Shown piece after piece: positions 29,600 through 39,122 of a stretch of 64,000 bases of DNA. This DNA is from Nitrospinales bacterium. GTDB taxonomy: Bacteria > Nitrospinota > Nitrospinia > Nitrospinales > VA-1. Numbering within the stretch: the first letter of the stretch is position 1; the number at the start of each line of letters is the position of its first letter. Under the pieces are notes generated by a model, which had not been told where the DNA came from, made no database searches, and saw nothing but the letters and a program-made list of their open reading frames with translations. The DNA lies in assembly GCA_965223345.1 (NCBI GenBank), contig CBDCWG010000012.1, forward strand, positions 288,001 through 352,000, written 5' to 3'. The position numbers and the translations under genes were made by a program.

Positions 29600-30841
29600 T
29601 CAGCGCCTCGCGGCGGCTTTTTTCCAGCTTTCGATCCTGCAGGACTGCCGGTTCAGCACCGGGTGCATGGTGAACAGGGGCGTGTTGTGGGGCACGAACG
29701 CCGTGTCGACGCCCGGACTCAACTGCAGGTGGATGTTCACGTAGTTGAAACTCAAACCTTCCTGCCAGGGTTCCTTGGCGGCATCGGCGTAGGCTTCCAC
29801 CTTGTCGGAGGCATGGCTGCGCGTCATCAGCCCCGAACCTCCCTGCAGCCCGTATTCGAAGAGATCGGGCGCCCCTTCGATCAGCACGGACACCACCGAA
29901 GCGTCGAACCACACCTTGAAATGCGTGACGAGCTGGAAGAAAGGCCCCAGCGTGCCGGACCGCTCGATCACTGCGACGGGATAGACCATCTCCGGCGGCA
30001 CGGCGGGCGGGGTGTCGGATGCGGGGTTGCGGAATTCGGGTTCCTTGACCGCGGACGCGGACACGAACAGCAGGTTCGGGTCGTCCATGGCGATGTCGAG
30101 CACGGTGCCGTCGTGATAGCTCACGAGTTTTCCCATCTCGTACGCCAGGGGAAAGGAGTAGCCCATTTTTGCATAAAAGATGCGGACAATGCCGTCGAGA
30201 GGCTCGTCCGGCTTGCGGCTGATCTTCAAATCGAACGGCATCATCAGGTGGTGCGCGTTGGTGCGGGCGTTCATGAACGGCGCGCAGGCGCCGGAAAATT
30301 CTTTCTGGATGGCCGGGTTGTCCGGGTCGAACTCGCGTTTGGCGCCGGAAAAATGCTGCGCGGTTTTCGCCTCTTTGCTGAGACCGTATTTTTTCTGGTA
30401 GTACTCGGTGGCCCGCTTGGGCGCGATGTCGAGAAAATAGTCCGGCACATCGGTCTCGACGAGAATCCGTTGCGCTTCGGGTTTGCCGGAGCCTTCCGCC
30501 GCGGGGCGCAGGGTCTTGTTGTAGATGTCGATCTCGGCTTTGGTCTTTTGAATGTCCCGTTCCAGGTCGCGGTCGAGCTGCGGGTTGAAAAAGCTGGCCT
30601 TGCCGAGAATCTCCCTGGCTTTTTGCAACAGCTCGACTTTCAGGGTGTAGCGCTTGGGTTCGGCGGCGAGTGCCTGCACGGTGGCCATGTACAGGCCGAA
30701 CTGCTCCTCGGCCATCAGGCCGAGCGCGTCCAGGTCCTGCTCTTTGATGAACGTCATCGCCAGCGGGCCGAACGCCTCCTCGCCGCGGATGTTCAGAGTC
30801 ATCAGATAATTGAGATGCGCTCGCGCTTCTTTTTCGTCCAC
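29600..30841 (-). CDS. Hypothetical protein; C-terminal part reminiscent of DUF6065/dUTPase-like beta fold
   Basis: GAGGAG RBS; CAPFMNART...MPFDL and VPHNTPLF motifs. Confidence 0.7.
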   Translation of the reverse strand: MDEKEARAHLNYLMTLNIRGEEAFGPLAMTFIKEQDLDALGLMAEEQFGLYMATVQALAAEPKRYTLKVELLQKAREILGKASFFNPQLDRDLERDIQKTKAEIDIYNKTLRPAAEGSGKPEAQRILVETDVPDYFLDIAPKRATEYYQKKYGLSKEAKTAQHFSGAKREFDPDNPAIQKEFSGACAPFMNARTNAHHLMMPFDLKISRKPDEPLDGIVRIFYAKMGYSFPLAYEMGKLVSYHDGTVLDIAMDDPNLLFVSASAVKEPEFRNPASDTPPAVPPEMVYPVAVIERSGTLGPFFQLVTHFKVWFDASVVSVLIEGAPDLFEYGLQGGSGLMTRSHASDKVEAYADAAKEPWQEGLSFNYVNIHLQLSPGVDTAFVPHNTPLFTMHPVLNRQSCRIESWKKAAARR

Positions 30842-31091
30842 AGTCCACTCCTCAAAGGGCCGTCGTGAACCCCATGCCCGGGTCCGAGTCCCGCAATGTT
30901 TTCCATCCGGTTTTTATAGAAGCGTTCACTATAAACTTTTTTTTCTTCTCCTGTCATCATTTCTTAGGCCGGGCAGGAATTTTCTCACCCCGTAAGGCCG
31001 GGTTTTTCAACCTCGCACACCGGTTTGCATTAGAATGGAAGGCCGGTTTCACCGGAGCGTTCTATCGCCCTTCCAAATGGGAATTTCGGAC

Positions 31092-32330
31092 ATGAGACTT
31101 GCGCTGCACTGGCAGATTCTGATCGCGATGGCCCTGGCCGTGGTGTTCGCCTGGGCGCTGGGCGACGCTTCGCGGTTTGTGGAACCCTTGGGCACGCTTT
31201 TCATCCGCCTGTTGAAGATGCTCATCGTGCCGCTGGTAGTGCTGTCGCTGGTGTTCGGCGTCGCGGGGGTGGGCGATGCGAAAAACCTCGGCCGGCTGGG
31301 GATCAAGACGTTTTGCTATTACATCGCCACCAGCCTCATTGCCATCCTGACCGGCCTGGTGCTGGTCAACGCGATCCATCCCGGCGAAGGCGCGGACCTG
31401 GTGACCACCGAGGCCTTTTCGCCCGAGAGCCTGCAACAACCGGGCGGCGCGTCGGATCTGCTGTTGCGCATCGTCCCGGAAAACCCGATCGCTGCCGCGG
31501 CGGAGGGGGACATGCTGGGGATCATCTTCTTTTCGATCCTGTTCGGCTTCGCGCTGGGTCAGCTGCAACCGCTCTACCGCGACCGGCTGATGCCCTGGGT
31601 GGAGGCGGCGTTCCACGCCGTCATGAAGCTCACCCACTTCGTCATCCTGCTCGCCCCCCTCGGCGTGTTCGGCCTGATCGTGGGCATGATGAACCACTCG
31701 ATGGGAACGGGCTTCTTCAAGGCGGTGGGCTGGTACATGATCACCATCGCGGCCGGCCTCACGCTGCATTTTTTCGTGACGCTGCCGCTCATCTACTGGC
31801 TGTTTCTCAGAAAAAACCCGCTGCGCGCCTACGGTTACATGGCCAGCGCGCTCGCCACGGTGTTCGCCACCAGCTCCTCGGCGGCCACGCTGCCTGTCAC
31901 GATGGAATGCGTCGAGAAAAACGCCGGGGTGTCCAACAAGATCGCCAGCTTCGTGCTGCCCATGGGCGCGACGGTCAACATGGACGGCACGGCGCTGTTC
32001 GAATGCGTGGGCGTGCTGTTCATCGCCCAGGTTCTGCAAATCCCCCTGGGGCTGGAACAGCAGCTTCTGGTGGTGGGGGTCGCGCTGCTGGCGTCCATCG
32101 GCACGGCGGCGATTCCGTCTGCGGGGCTGGTGATGATTTTCGTGGTGCTGGAGGCGGTGGGCATCGAAAGCGCCGAGGTTCCGTTGATCGTGGGCACGAT
32201 GCTGGCCGTGGACCGGCCGCTGGACATGTACCGCGGCCTGATCAATATTTTCAGCGACGCGGTGGGAGCGATGATCATCGCCAACTCCGAAGGGGAGCTG
32301 GGTCGCGAAGAGGAAGGACTGAACGAATGA
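31092..32330 (+). CDS. Dicarboxylate/amino acid:cation symporter (DAACS, GltP-like)
   Basis: [44 protein letters not shown]. Confidence 0.95.
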   Translation: MRLALHWQILIAMALAVVFAWALGDASRFVEPLGTLFIRLLKMLIVPLVVLSLVFGVAGVGDAKNLGRLGIKTFCYYIATSLIAILTGLVLVNAIHPGEGADLVTTEAFSPESLQQPGGASDLLLRIVPENPIAAAAEGDMLGIIFFSILFGFALGQLQPLYRDRLMPWVEAAFHAVMKLTHFVILLAPLGVFGLIVGMMNHSMGTGFFKAVGWYMITIAAGLTLHFFVTLPLIYWLFLRKNPLRAYGYMASALATVFATSSSAATLPVTMECVEKNAGVSNKIASFVLPMGATVNMDGTALFECVGVLFIAQVLQIPLGLEQQLLVVGVALLASIGTAAIPSAGLVMIFVVLEAVGIESAEVPLIVGTMLAVDRPLDMYRGLINIFSDAVGAMIIANSEGELGREEEGLNE

Positions 32331-32992
32331 AAGCGGAGTTTTCACTCACCTGGAAACGCGGTTCGGGACCGGCCGTTCCCGGACGGATCTTCTGTATCGG
32401 GAAAAATTACCGCCTGCACATCGCAGAATTGAACGAGAGCGATCCCGGCGAGCCGGTGGTTTTCATGAAACCGGCCGCCTGCCTGGTCGCGCCGGGAGAA
32501 ACCCTGAATCTGCCCGCGCACGGAGACAGCCTGCATCACGAGGTGGAGCTGGTGCTGCTGGTGGGCAAGCGGGCGAGCCGCATCGAGGAAAGCGACGCGT
32601 TGTCTCACATCGCGGGCGTCACACTGGGGATCGACCTCACGCTGCGCGACGTGCAGTCGCGCCTCAAGAAAAAAGGGCTGCCCTGGGAGATGGCCAAGGC
32701 GTTCGAGCAGAGCGCGCCGCTGGGGGCGCTGGTGCCGTGCATGGCGGATCTGGATGTGAACGCGCTGGAATTCACGTTGAGCGTCAACGGCGACTGCCGC
32801 CAGCGCGGACGGGTGAACGAGATGATCCATTCGATCCCGCGCATCGTCACCTTTCTGAGCGGCATCTGGACGCTGCTGCCGGGAGACCTGATCTTCACCG
32901 GAACGCCCGCCGGCGTCGGACCACTGGTTTCCGGCGACCGGGTGGCGATCGCCTCGGAGGCGATCGGCGAATTCGAATGGAACGTGCGCTGA
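32327..32992 (+). CDS. Fumarylacetoacetate hydrolase family protein
   Basis: [44 protein letters not shown] overlap with upstream gene. Confidence 0.93.
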   Translation: MKAEFSLTWKRGSGPAVPGRIFCIGKNYRLHIAELNESDPGEPVVFMKPAACLVAPGETLNLPAHGDSLHHEVELVLLVGKRASRIEESDALSHIAGVTLGIDLTLRDVQSRLKKKGLPWEMAKAFEQSAPLGALVPCMADLDVNALEFTLSVNGDCRQRGRVNEMIHSIPRIVTFLSGIWTLLPGDLIFTGTPAGVGPLVSGDRVAIASEAIGEFEWNVR

Positions 32993-33041
32993 GCATCCAC
33001 GCCGGGCACCGCATCGTCGCTGAAGATGCGCCGCCGCACTG

Positions 33042-33641
33042 TCAGGCGCTGGCGATCTGGACGCGGATGTCCTGCTTGATGGTGCTGCGCAGGATGTTTT
33101 CGATGGCGCGCAGGGTGCCGGTGGCGGAGCTGGGACAGCTGCCGCAGGCGCCCTGGTAACGGATGCGCAGGGTGTCGTCCTTGAAGTCGAGGATCGTCAC
33201 GCCGCCGCCGTCCTGTGCCAGGGCCGGGCGCACCGTCTCGTCGAACACCGCATCGATCACCGCGCCTTTCTCATCGTCGGACATGCTGGGAAAATCGATC
33301 TGGTCCATCTGGGCCAAAATCGAATCGGCGTTCTTCTTCTCCACATCCTGTTCGAAAAAATGCAGGTATTCCTCGATCACATCCTCGGCGGCCTCGACCA
33401 GGATATCCAGTTGGGGATCGGGCTGGAAGGTCACCGTGACAAAATTATCCTGCAGATACAGGCTCTGCACCGGCCCCAGCGCGAACACCGCTTTGGCGAA
33501 CGGATCGCTATCCGCCTCTTCCTCAGAGGCGAACGACCGGGTGCCGGAACCGATGACACTCTTATTCAAAATGTATTTGAAGGCGTTGGGATTGGGCGTC
33601 ATCTCCGTGTCCACCACTTCAAATTTTTTTTCTTCGCTCAT
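33042..33641 (-). CDS. Nfu-type Fe-S carrier (NifU_N + NifU C-terminal CxxC domain)
   Basis: TPNPNAFKY; VRPALAQDGG...YQGACGSCPSS. Confidence 0.92.
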   Translation of the reverse strand: MSEEKKFEVVDTEMTPNPNAFKYILNKSVIGSGTRSFASEEEADSDPFAKAVFALGPVQSLYLQDNFVTVTFQPDPQLDILVEAAEDVIEEYLHFFEQDVEKKNADSILAQMDQIDFPSMSDDEKGAVIDAVFDETVRPALAQDGGGVTILDFKDDTLRIRYQGACGSCPSSATGTLRAIENILRSTIKQDIRVQIASA

Positions 33642-33823
33642 GTTCGGCTCGTCTCTTTCATAGGATTATCCCCCTGCCCTCAGCGGCAAGGGGCCGCGCC
33701 GGGCGTGGAGTCCGCTTCCCTCCCTGCATCGCAGTGCGGCGCAATACAGCTAAGATGGCGTTTTGTGAATTTGGGTTCAAAAAACCCGGGACCTGCCCGC
33801 CCCGAAGGATCCGTCCTGGAATT

Positions 33824-34258
33824 TCATTCGCTGGCTTGCAGCCCGCACAGCGGTTTGCTGCGTGCCGGTTCGGCCAGCAATTCCGCGACCGTGGTTTCCT
33901 GGTAGGCATTTTCGATGCGTTCCTGAGCCTGGTTGATCCGTTTGTGCAGCGGGCACAGGTTGGTTCCGTGCTCGTCCAGATCGAGCGGGCACCGTTCAAT
34001 GCGGCGGACCGGATCGACCGCATTGATCACCTGCAAAAGGTTCAGCCGATCGGGCGCTTGAGCCAGGACGAACCCTCCGTGCAGGCCGCGTTGCGAACGG
34101 ACGATCCCGGCCTTGCCCAGCGCCTGCAGAACCTTCGAGAGGTAGCTCGCCGGCACGCGTGTCACCGCAGCGATCTGCGGCGTGGTGAGGGGTGTGTCCG
34201 GGTAGGCGGCCAGACAGACCACCGACCGGAGTGCATATTCCGCTGTTTGAGAGATCAT
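33824..34258 (-). CDS. Rrf2-family transcriptional regulator
   Basis: SQTAEYALR, YLSKVLQAL, SQRGLHGGF, CPL...H...CPLH. Confidence 0.93.
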   Translation of the reverse strand: MISQTAEYALRSVVCLAAYPDTPLTTPQIAAVTRVPASYLSKVLQALGKAGIVRSQRGLHGGFVLAQAPDRLNLLQVINAVDPVRRIERCPLDLDEHGTNLCPLHKRINQAQERIENAYQETTVAELLAEPARSKPLCGLQASE

Positions 34259-34283
34259 GTTTTTTTCACTTCGCACAATTTCA

Positions 34284-34360
34284 GGATATCTGGATCTTGA
34301 CATCCAATTATAGGACCTTTATATTGAAAATACAATAAGGATAAAAAGATCTTTTTATCC
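34284..34360 (+). promoter_or_regulatory. sigma70 promoter (TTGACA 34297-34302; TATATT 34320-34325) with two 22-bp palindromic operators (34284-34305, 34339-34360)
   Basis: 17-bp spacer; GGATATCTGGATCTTGACATCC and the perfect palindrome GGATAAAAAGATCTTTTTATCC. Confidence 0.8.
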
Positions 34361-34425
34361 ATAAATAGCCGAAAACGAGAAATGCTAACAATTTCAATCA
34401 AATACAAACAGGGAGGGTTTTTGCG

Positions 34426-35124
34426 ATGAAAACACACCTTTCTCCAGACGACACCGTCAACGATTTTGTCAAACAGGACATGCAACGGGCCGCGGTCTTC
34501 GAGGCATTGGGCATCGACGCCTGCTGCGGCGGGCATAAATCCCTGGCCGAGGCCTGCGCGGAAAAGGGGCTGAACGCCCAGGAAGTCCTGGCCCGATTGC
34601 AGCCGGCCGGGGAAGTCGAGGCACAGGCCCCCTTCGATGCGCAAAGCGCCAGCGCCGGGGAGCTGGCCGATCACATCGAAGCCACCCACCACAGCTATCT
34701 GAAGCAGGCCCTGCCGCGGCTGACCGCTCTGATCGAAAAAGTGATCCAGGCGCATGCGGCGCGGCATCCGGAACTGATCGATCTGGGAAAATCGTTCGCC
34801 GCGCTGCGCGCCGATCTCGAGCCGCACCTGTTGAAGGAAGAACGCGTGCTATTTCCCATGATCCGCAACCGGGAAAACCCGGGAGCCGGGACCGGCGGTT
34901 TGCCCGCAACGCTCGCGGCGCCCATCCGCGTCATGCGGGCGGAGCACGACCGGACCGTGCAGCTGCAAAACCGGATCCGGGAACTCTCGCAGAATTTCAC
35001 GGCGCCCGCCGACGCCTGCACCAGCTATGCGCAGTTGATGAACGAGCTCGAGGTTCTGGATGCGGATCTCACAACACACATCCACAAGGAAAACGACATC
35101 CTGTTTGCCGGACTCGCAAATTGA
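34426..35124 (+). CDS. ric: Iron-sulfur cluster repair di-iron protein (Ric/YtfE/DnrN)
   Basis: GIDACCGG, HIEATHHSYL, HLLKEERVLFP, MRAEHD, HIHKENDILF. Confidence 0.93.
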   Translation: MKTHLSPDDTVNDFVKQDMQRAAVFEALGIDACCGGHKSLAEACAEKGLNAQEVLARLQPAGEVEAQAPFDAQSASAGELADHIEATHHSYLKQALPRLTALIEKVIQAHAARHPELIDLGKSFAALRADLEPHLLKEERVLFPMIRNRENPGAGTGGLPATLAAPIRVMRAEHDRTVQLQNRIRELSQNFTAPADACTSYAQLMNELEVLDADLTTHIHKENDILFAGLAN

Positions 35125-35237
35125 ACGGCAGTGCGAATGCACCCGATGAATCATTGCAGGATCGTTTTGCTTGCATGGGAAACTGGAAATTCACGCGAGC
35201 CCGGTGGCACCCGTTGAAGTTCGGGACACCGCATCGG

Positions 35238-35990
35238 TTAAATTTGAATTTCCATGAGGTCCTCGGCGAGGACGAGCTCGCCGGAGTATTGCTTGCGCAC
35301 CACCTCGCTGAACTGCGCGAGGTCGCAGGGGGGATAAAAATGCGTGAGGCAGAGTTTCTTGCAGCGGGCGGCGGCGGCGATCTGCGCCGCCGGGGTCGGG
35401 GACAGATGTCCATCGAACTTTTTCTCATCCGGCATGGCGCAGTTGAGCACCAGCAGGTCGGCGTCCCGCCCCAGCTCGATGAGGGATTCGCAGTGATCGG
35501 AATCGCCGGAGATCGTCAAAACTTTTCCGCTGCGGTCGGTGAAGCGGAACGCGCGGCTGATCGGCAGGTGTTTCACCTTGCGCGTTGAAACCGTCAGCCC
35601 GCCGTAGTCGCGGGTGCTCTCGTCCTGCTCGACGACATCGACGCTGAAGTGGTCCGAATCCAGCCAGCCCTGATAAGCCTGCCGCAGCCCGTCGAAATAG
35701 GCTGTGAAGCCGGGACCGGCGACGATCTGAAGATTTTTTTTGCGCGGGTTATCCGGGTAGCGGCAGGCAAACAGAAACGGCACCAGGTCGTACATGTGGT
35801 CGGGGTGGATGTGGGTGAAAAAGATGCGGTCGATGCCGTGGTAGTCGATGCCCAGCCGCAACAGCTGATGCAGAGCGCCGTAGCCGAAATCGACCAGCGA
35901 GCGCGTGCCGCTATCCTCGATGAGAAGCGCGCTGGAATGGCGTTGCAGTGAGGGGACCATCGTCCCCGTACCGAGCAGAGTGAGTTTCAT
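35238..35990 (-). CDS. MBL-fold metallo-hydrolase (RNase Z-like)
   Basis: LTLLGTG, THIHPDH, ISGDS, HLSP, LTHFYP. Confidence 0.88.
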   Translation of the reverse strand: MKLTLLGTGTMVPSLQRHSSALLIEDSGTRSLVDFGYGALHQLLRLGIDYHGIDRIFFTHIHPDHMYDLVPFLFACRYPDNPRKKNLQIVAGPGFTAYFDGLRQAYQGWLDSDHFSVDVVEQDESTRDYGGLTVSTRKVKHLPISRAFRFTDRSGKVLTISGDSDHCESLIELGRDADLLVLNCAMPDEKKFDGHLSPTPAAQIAAAARCKKLCLTHFYPPCDLAQFSEVVRKQYSGELVLAEDLMEIQI

Positions 35991-36015
35991 TGCAGAGTCT
36001 GGACGAAGGGTCGTC

Positions 36016-36282
36016 TCAGTAAGAGGATTTGATGGCTTCCAGGACCGGGCCTTCGATCGGTCCCCACTTCGCCTCGGGCTTTTTGGAAACGGTGACGAAA
36101 TCGGCCATCAGAAAAACCTGGGCGACGCCGTCGATGGCGAACAGCGCCTTGGCCACTTTCGATTCCTCGGCTTCCGCGGCGTTCTTGTAGGTCTTGTGCC
36201 CGGATTCGATGGCCGGGCAATTCAATGTGTATTTCATCGCGTGTTCGTTCGGTGTGGTGGAAACCGTCACTTCAACTGCCAT
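36016..36282 (-). CDS. Stand-alone NifU N-terminal (Nfu_N) domain protein
   Basis: TPNEHAMKY...ALFAIDGVAQVF...DFVTVSK...W. Confidence 0.85.
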   Translation of the reverse strand: MAVEVTVSTTPNEHAMKYTLNCPAIESGHKTYKNAAEAEESKVAKALFAIDGVAQVFLMADFVTVSKKPEAKWGPIEGPVLEAIKSSY

Positions 36283-36326
36283 TCTTTTCCTCCCTGTGTT
36301 TGCGGTCGCAGATGGTGAACCGTTCT

Positions 36327-37523
36327 CTATTCTGTTGCCGAAGGGCTCGGCCGGAAGATGCCGAACGAGCTGGTGTAGCCGTGCAGAAACGTGGTGTCTC
36401 CCACAGGCCCGATCTCGCCGTTGCAGAAAAACCCTCCCAGCGGGATGGCCCCGAGCCGGTCCTTGAACAGATCGGTGTCGTGGTTGGGTTTGCCGTACAG
36501 GTATTGCCCGCGTCCGAGGCAGGAAAACAGCAGCGCGCCGCAGGCGTCGTCGGCGCGACCGCCCTGGTTGTAGCGGGTCAGCATCAGGTCCAGGTCCTCG
36601 GCGGACATCACTTTGTCGCGCAGGTGAAACTGCACGAGCTGGCCTTCGCGCAGCATCGCGCCGATCGCCAGCGCGCCGGATTCCCGTTCCACCCCCATCA
36701 GGTTGCGGATGAGAAAATCCCCCTGCTTGGGCTCGTCGTTCAACGGGTTCATCTCGATTCCCAGAAACAACGACGTGCGCATCAGGCCGCGGTCGTGTTC
36801 GTTCAGGGACTCGTTGATCTCCTGCAGCACTTCCAAGGGCGGGCTGCCTTCCAGTTCCTTGAGCAGGGTCTGATGGCACTTGGTGATCTTGAGCGGCTTG
36901 CCGATCGGGCGGCAACCCTGGGCGACGATGGTGTCCAGCTCGATGTTGCCGCTCAGGGCGATGCCCACCAGCCCCTGCGCGTAGACCTTGTCTTCCAGAT
37001 ACAGCGCGTTCCCGCCTTGTGACTGCGCGCCGCTGGCGAGGCCGCCGACTTTGCGGCTGCCCGGATAGGCGAAATCAATGCCGGAGAGAAATTCTTCACC
37101 GCGGAAGGAAAACGGATCGGCGAGAAAAATAAAATGCAGCGGGTTTTCCGCCGGGACGCCGAGCCATTCCCGCCACACTCCGGGGCCCGTGTCCTGGTCG
37201 GGCAGATCCATCGTGTTGGAATAGATCGGCCGGAGGGTCACACCGGGAAGGTGCGCGCTGGTCATGCTGAACGCGGGGTTCTGCTCCACTTCCTGGCCGC
37301 CGCCGATGATGCCGCCGCCGGAGCAGCCGATCAGGATGCCGGGATCCATTTTTGCGCGGATGAGGCCGGGGATCTCCCGGTAGTGTTCCTTGTAGTTGGG
37401 CGACACGAAGATGACGGTCAGGTGCGGGGCCTTGCCCGCGAGGGTTTCCTGGATGGTTTTCGTCGTCTCCGCGACGCAGTCCTCTATATTTTCATGAGTG
37501 GCGATGGTGGATGCCCATTTCAT
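36327..37523 (-). CDS. FIST N/C domain protein (NosP-like sensor)
   Basis: IGCSGGGII, GGLASG, VAQGCRPIG, FSCLGRG, GFFCNGEIGP, LHGYT. Confidence 0.92.
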   Translation of the reverse strand: MKWASTIATHENIEDCVAETTKTIQETLAGKAPHLTVIFVSPNYKEHYREIPGLIRAKMDPGILIGCSGGGIIGGGQEVEQNPAFSMTSAHLPGVTLRPIYSNTMDLPDQDTGPGVWREWLGVPAENPLHFIFLADPFSFRGEEFLSGIDFAYPGSRKVGGLASGAQSQGGNALYLEDKVYAQGLVGIALSGNIELDTIVAQGCRPIGKPLKITKCHQTLLKELEGSPPLEVLQEINESLNEHDRGLMRTSLFLGIEMNPLNDEPKQGDFLIRNLMGVERESGALAIGAMLREGQLVQFHLRDKVMSAEDLDLMLTRYNQGGRADDACGALLFSCLGRGQYLYGKPNHDTDLFKDRLGAIPLGGFFCNGEIGPVGDTTFLHGYTSSFGIFRPSPSATE

Positions 37524-37563
37524 GGATGACTCCTTGTGGTTCGCCCCCGCAGACGGGGGAATT

Positions 37564-39003
37564 TCAAACGACGGTGGCCGCTTTGCCGGTCAGGTGGTGC
37601 AGGAGCGACTCGGCGGTCTGCGTTCCGTTTTGAATGCAATCGGGAATTCCGATTCCCTTGTAGGCGCTGCCAGTGAGAAACAGGCCGGGTGCGGCGCTCA
37701 ACGCCTGCTGCACCGATTCGATCAACCCGGCGTGGTCCACCTGGTACTGAACGTTGGATTTTTTGTTGTGGAACACCTTCACGAACACCGGCGTCTCGTC
37801 GATGCCCATGATGTCCCTGAGGTCTTGTTGCACAAGTGCCGCGATGCGCTCCTCATCCTGCTCCGCAATCGCCTCCTGCAGCGCGCCTCCCAGATAACAG
37901 CGCAGCATGACGTGATCCTCCGGAGCCCGGTGCGGGAATTTGGAGGAGGTCCAGGTGCAGGCGAGGATGCTTTTGTTTTCGGTTTTGGGAACGACGAAGC
38001 CGAAGCCGTCCAGGGGATGGGAAAACCCCGCGCGGCGGTAGGCCAGCGTGACGGTGGCGGTGGACACGTAACGGATTTTCTGCAGCTGCGCCGCCGCATC
38101 CGGCGCCACCGGCTCGATGAGCCGGGCGGTGATGTTCGCGGGCGTGGCGAACACGACCGCGTCCGCGTCGAGGGTCAGGCCGGATTCGCACTCGATGCGC
38201 CAACCGGTTTCGCTGCGTGTGAGGGCGGTCACAGATTCTTGCGTCTTGAACGCGACATCGGGACACTGCTGCACCGCCGCATCGACCATCTCGCCGAGCC
38301 CGGATTTGAGTGTCATGAACAAGGAAAAGGGTTTTTTATTCGCCGCGCCCTTGGGTTTCGGGCGGGTGAGCATCTGACGTTTGCGCTCCAGCATTCCCAG
38401 AATGAGCGAGCGGTGTTTGCGCTCGGTCTCGACGAACATGGGGAAAGTACTCTGGATGCTCATAGTCTCCGGATCGCTGGCGTAAATGCCCGCCAGCATC
38501 GGCTCGGCCATCTTGCGCAGCGCCTCTTCGCCCATGCGGCGGCGCACGAACGAGGCGAGGCTCTCGTCCCTATCGTCGGATTTTTTCGGGATGACGAGAT
38601 CCAGTCCCATGCGCATCTTGCCGGGCAGGCTGAACAACGGCGTCAGCACGAAGGGTAAAAATTTCGTCGGAATCATGAGGCTCAGCCCGTCCGGCATGGT
38701 GACGAGCTTGTTGCCGGTGTACACGAAGGTGGCGGTCTGCTCCGGGTTGGTGCCCACGAGCCGGTCGCCGATGCCGAGACGTTTGCAGAATTCGATGGCG
38801 GCCGGTTTCTGCGAGATGAAGGAATCCGGCCCACGCTCGACCACGAATCCGTCGAACCGTTCGGTGGCGATCTTGCCGCCGAATTGCGCGGATCGCTCCA
38901 GCAGGACGCACTCCAGCGGTGCGCCCCCGGTGATGGCCTGCTGAATCCGGTGCGCCGCAGCGAGACCGGCGATCCCGCCGCCGATGATGACGATTTTTTT
39001 CAT
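37564..39003 (-). CDS. hemY: HemY-type proto/coproporphyrinogen oxidase
   Basis: GGGIAGLAAA, ERGPDSF, EPMLAGIYA, GFGFVVP, GIGIPDCI. Confidence 0.92.
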   Translation of the reverse strand: MKKIVIIGGGIAGLAAAHRIQQAITGGAPLECVLLERSAQFGGKIATERFDGFVVERGPDSFISQKPAAIEFCKRLGIGDRLVGTNPEQTATFVYTGNKLVTMPDGLSLMIPTKFLPFVLTPLFSLPGKMRMGLDLVIPKKSDDRDESLASFVRRRMGEEALRKMAEPMLAGIYASDPETMSIQSTFPMFVETERKHRSLILGMLERKRQMLTRPKPKGAANKKPFSLFMTLKSGLGEMVDAAVQQCPDVAFKTQESVTALTRSETGWRIECESGLTLDADAVVFATPANITARLIEPVAPDAAAQLQKIRYVSTATVTLAYRRAGFSHPLDGFGFVVPKTENKSILACTWTSSKFPHRAPEDHVMLRCYLGGALQEAIAEQDEERIAALVQQDLRDIMGIDETPVFVKVFHNKKSNVQYQVDHAGLIESVQQALSAAPGLFLTGSAYKGIGIPDCIQNGTQTAESLLHHLTGKAATVV

Positions 39004-39122
39004 GTGCTTATTATGGCAGTTTTATCAGACCGGCGCAATCGAAGCGCCCGTTTTTAGCAATGGTGTTTTTTTCGGATCGCAGCGGCCGGTTGAAAACGTC
39101 TGTCCGGCGCGCGGGATGGACT

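Noticed and set aside
31313..32326. Long N-terminal extension of the FAH ORF (559 aa)
   Set aside because: Off-frame overlap within the DAACS gene; real start is the ATGA overlap at 32327
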